Shown one piece after another: positions 63,583 to 64,000 of a DNA stretch of 64,000 bases (within the stretch, counting starts at the first letter, position 1; each line of letters starts with the position of its first letter). Location of the stretch: contig OX638161.1 of the NCBI GenBank assembly GCA_951804945.1, forward strand, positions 26,226,001-26,290,000. Direction: 5' to 3'. Below the pieces are notes generated by a model. The model ran no database searches. It was given only the letters and a program-made list of their open reading frames with translations, and had not been told where the DNA came from. A program made the position numbers and the translations under genes. Source of the DNA: Podarcis cretensis (Eukaryota).

Positions 63583-63837
63583 AAGAAGACAACAACAAGA
63601 AGAGTTTGGATTTGATATCTCACTTTATCACTACCTGAAGGAGTCTCAAAGCGGCTAACATTCTCCTTTCCCTTCCTCCCCCACAACAAACACTCTGTGA
63701 GGTGAGTGGGGCTGAGAGACTTCAGAGAAGTGTGACTAGCCCAAGGTCACCCAGCAGCTGTATGTGGAGGAGTGGGGAAGTGAACCCGGTTCACCAGATT
63801 ACAAGTCTACCACTCTTAACCACTACACCACACTGGC
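63583..63837 (-). mobile_element. tRNA-derived SINE with simple-repeat tail
   Basis: GCCAGTGTGGTGTAGTGGTTAAGAGT head, GGTTCACTTCC B box, GTGACCTTGGGCTAGTCA core. Confidence 0.8.
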
Positions 63838-64000
63838 CATACCCTCCAACAATGAAAAGAGGGACGTCACATTCCATAATGATTATTTTACTATTTATAC
63901 CCCACACATCTTACTGGGTTGCCCCAGCCATTCTGGGCAGCTTCCAACATACATAAAAACATAATAAAGCATTAAACATTTTTTTTTAAAAAAACCCTTC

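Overview
Vertebrate genomic DNA, most likely from a squamate (lacertid-like lizard), judged from several Sauria SINEs and squamate-type MITEs. It is not prokaryotic, so most of the six-frame ORFs are noise. Splicing exons by hand gives four genes. (1) The last 3 coding exons of PSMC5 (+). (2) A complete 13-exon SMARCD2/BAF60B (-, CDS 4002-32042, 508 aa), tail-to-tail with PSMC5, with a CpG-island promoter near 32 kb. (3) An unnamed 4-coding-exon C2H2 zinc-finger gene (+, 39372-44745, 622 aa predicted). (4) The last 9 coding exons of CRHR1 (-, 49252-62784, residues ~110-415), convergent with the ZNF gene. The ZNF gene is the most unusual element. Its KRAB-A exon is broken but keeps its splice sites and an internal Met, followed by a diverged KRAB-B-like exon, a helical module resembling an N-terminal motif of fish ZNFs, and a partly decayed finger array; its 3' end may run antisense into CRHR1. 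SMARCD2 intron 1 holds a ~207-bp near-perfect hairpin ending in hammerhead-ribozyme-like Penelope relics, a Penelope GIY-YIG fragment, a candidate 21-nt in-frame microexon, and a 204-N assembly gap. Homology calls come from recalled protein sequences; no database searches were run.
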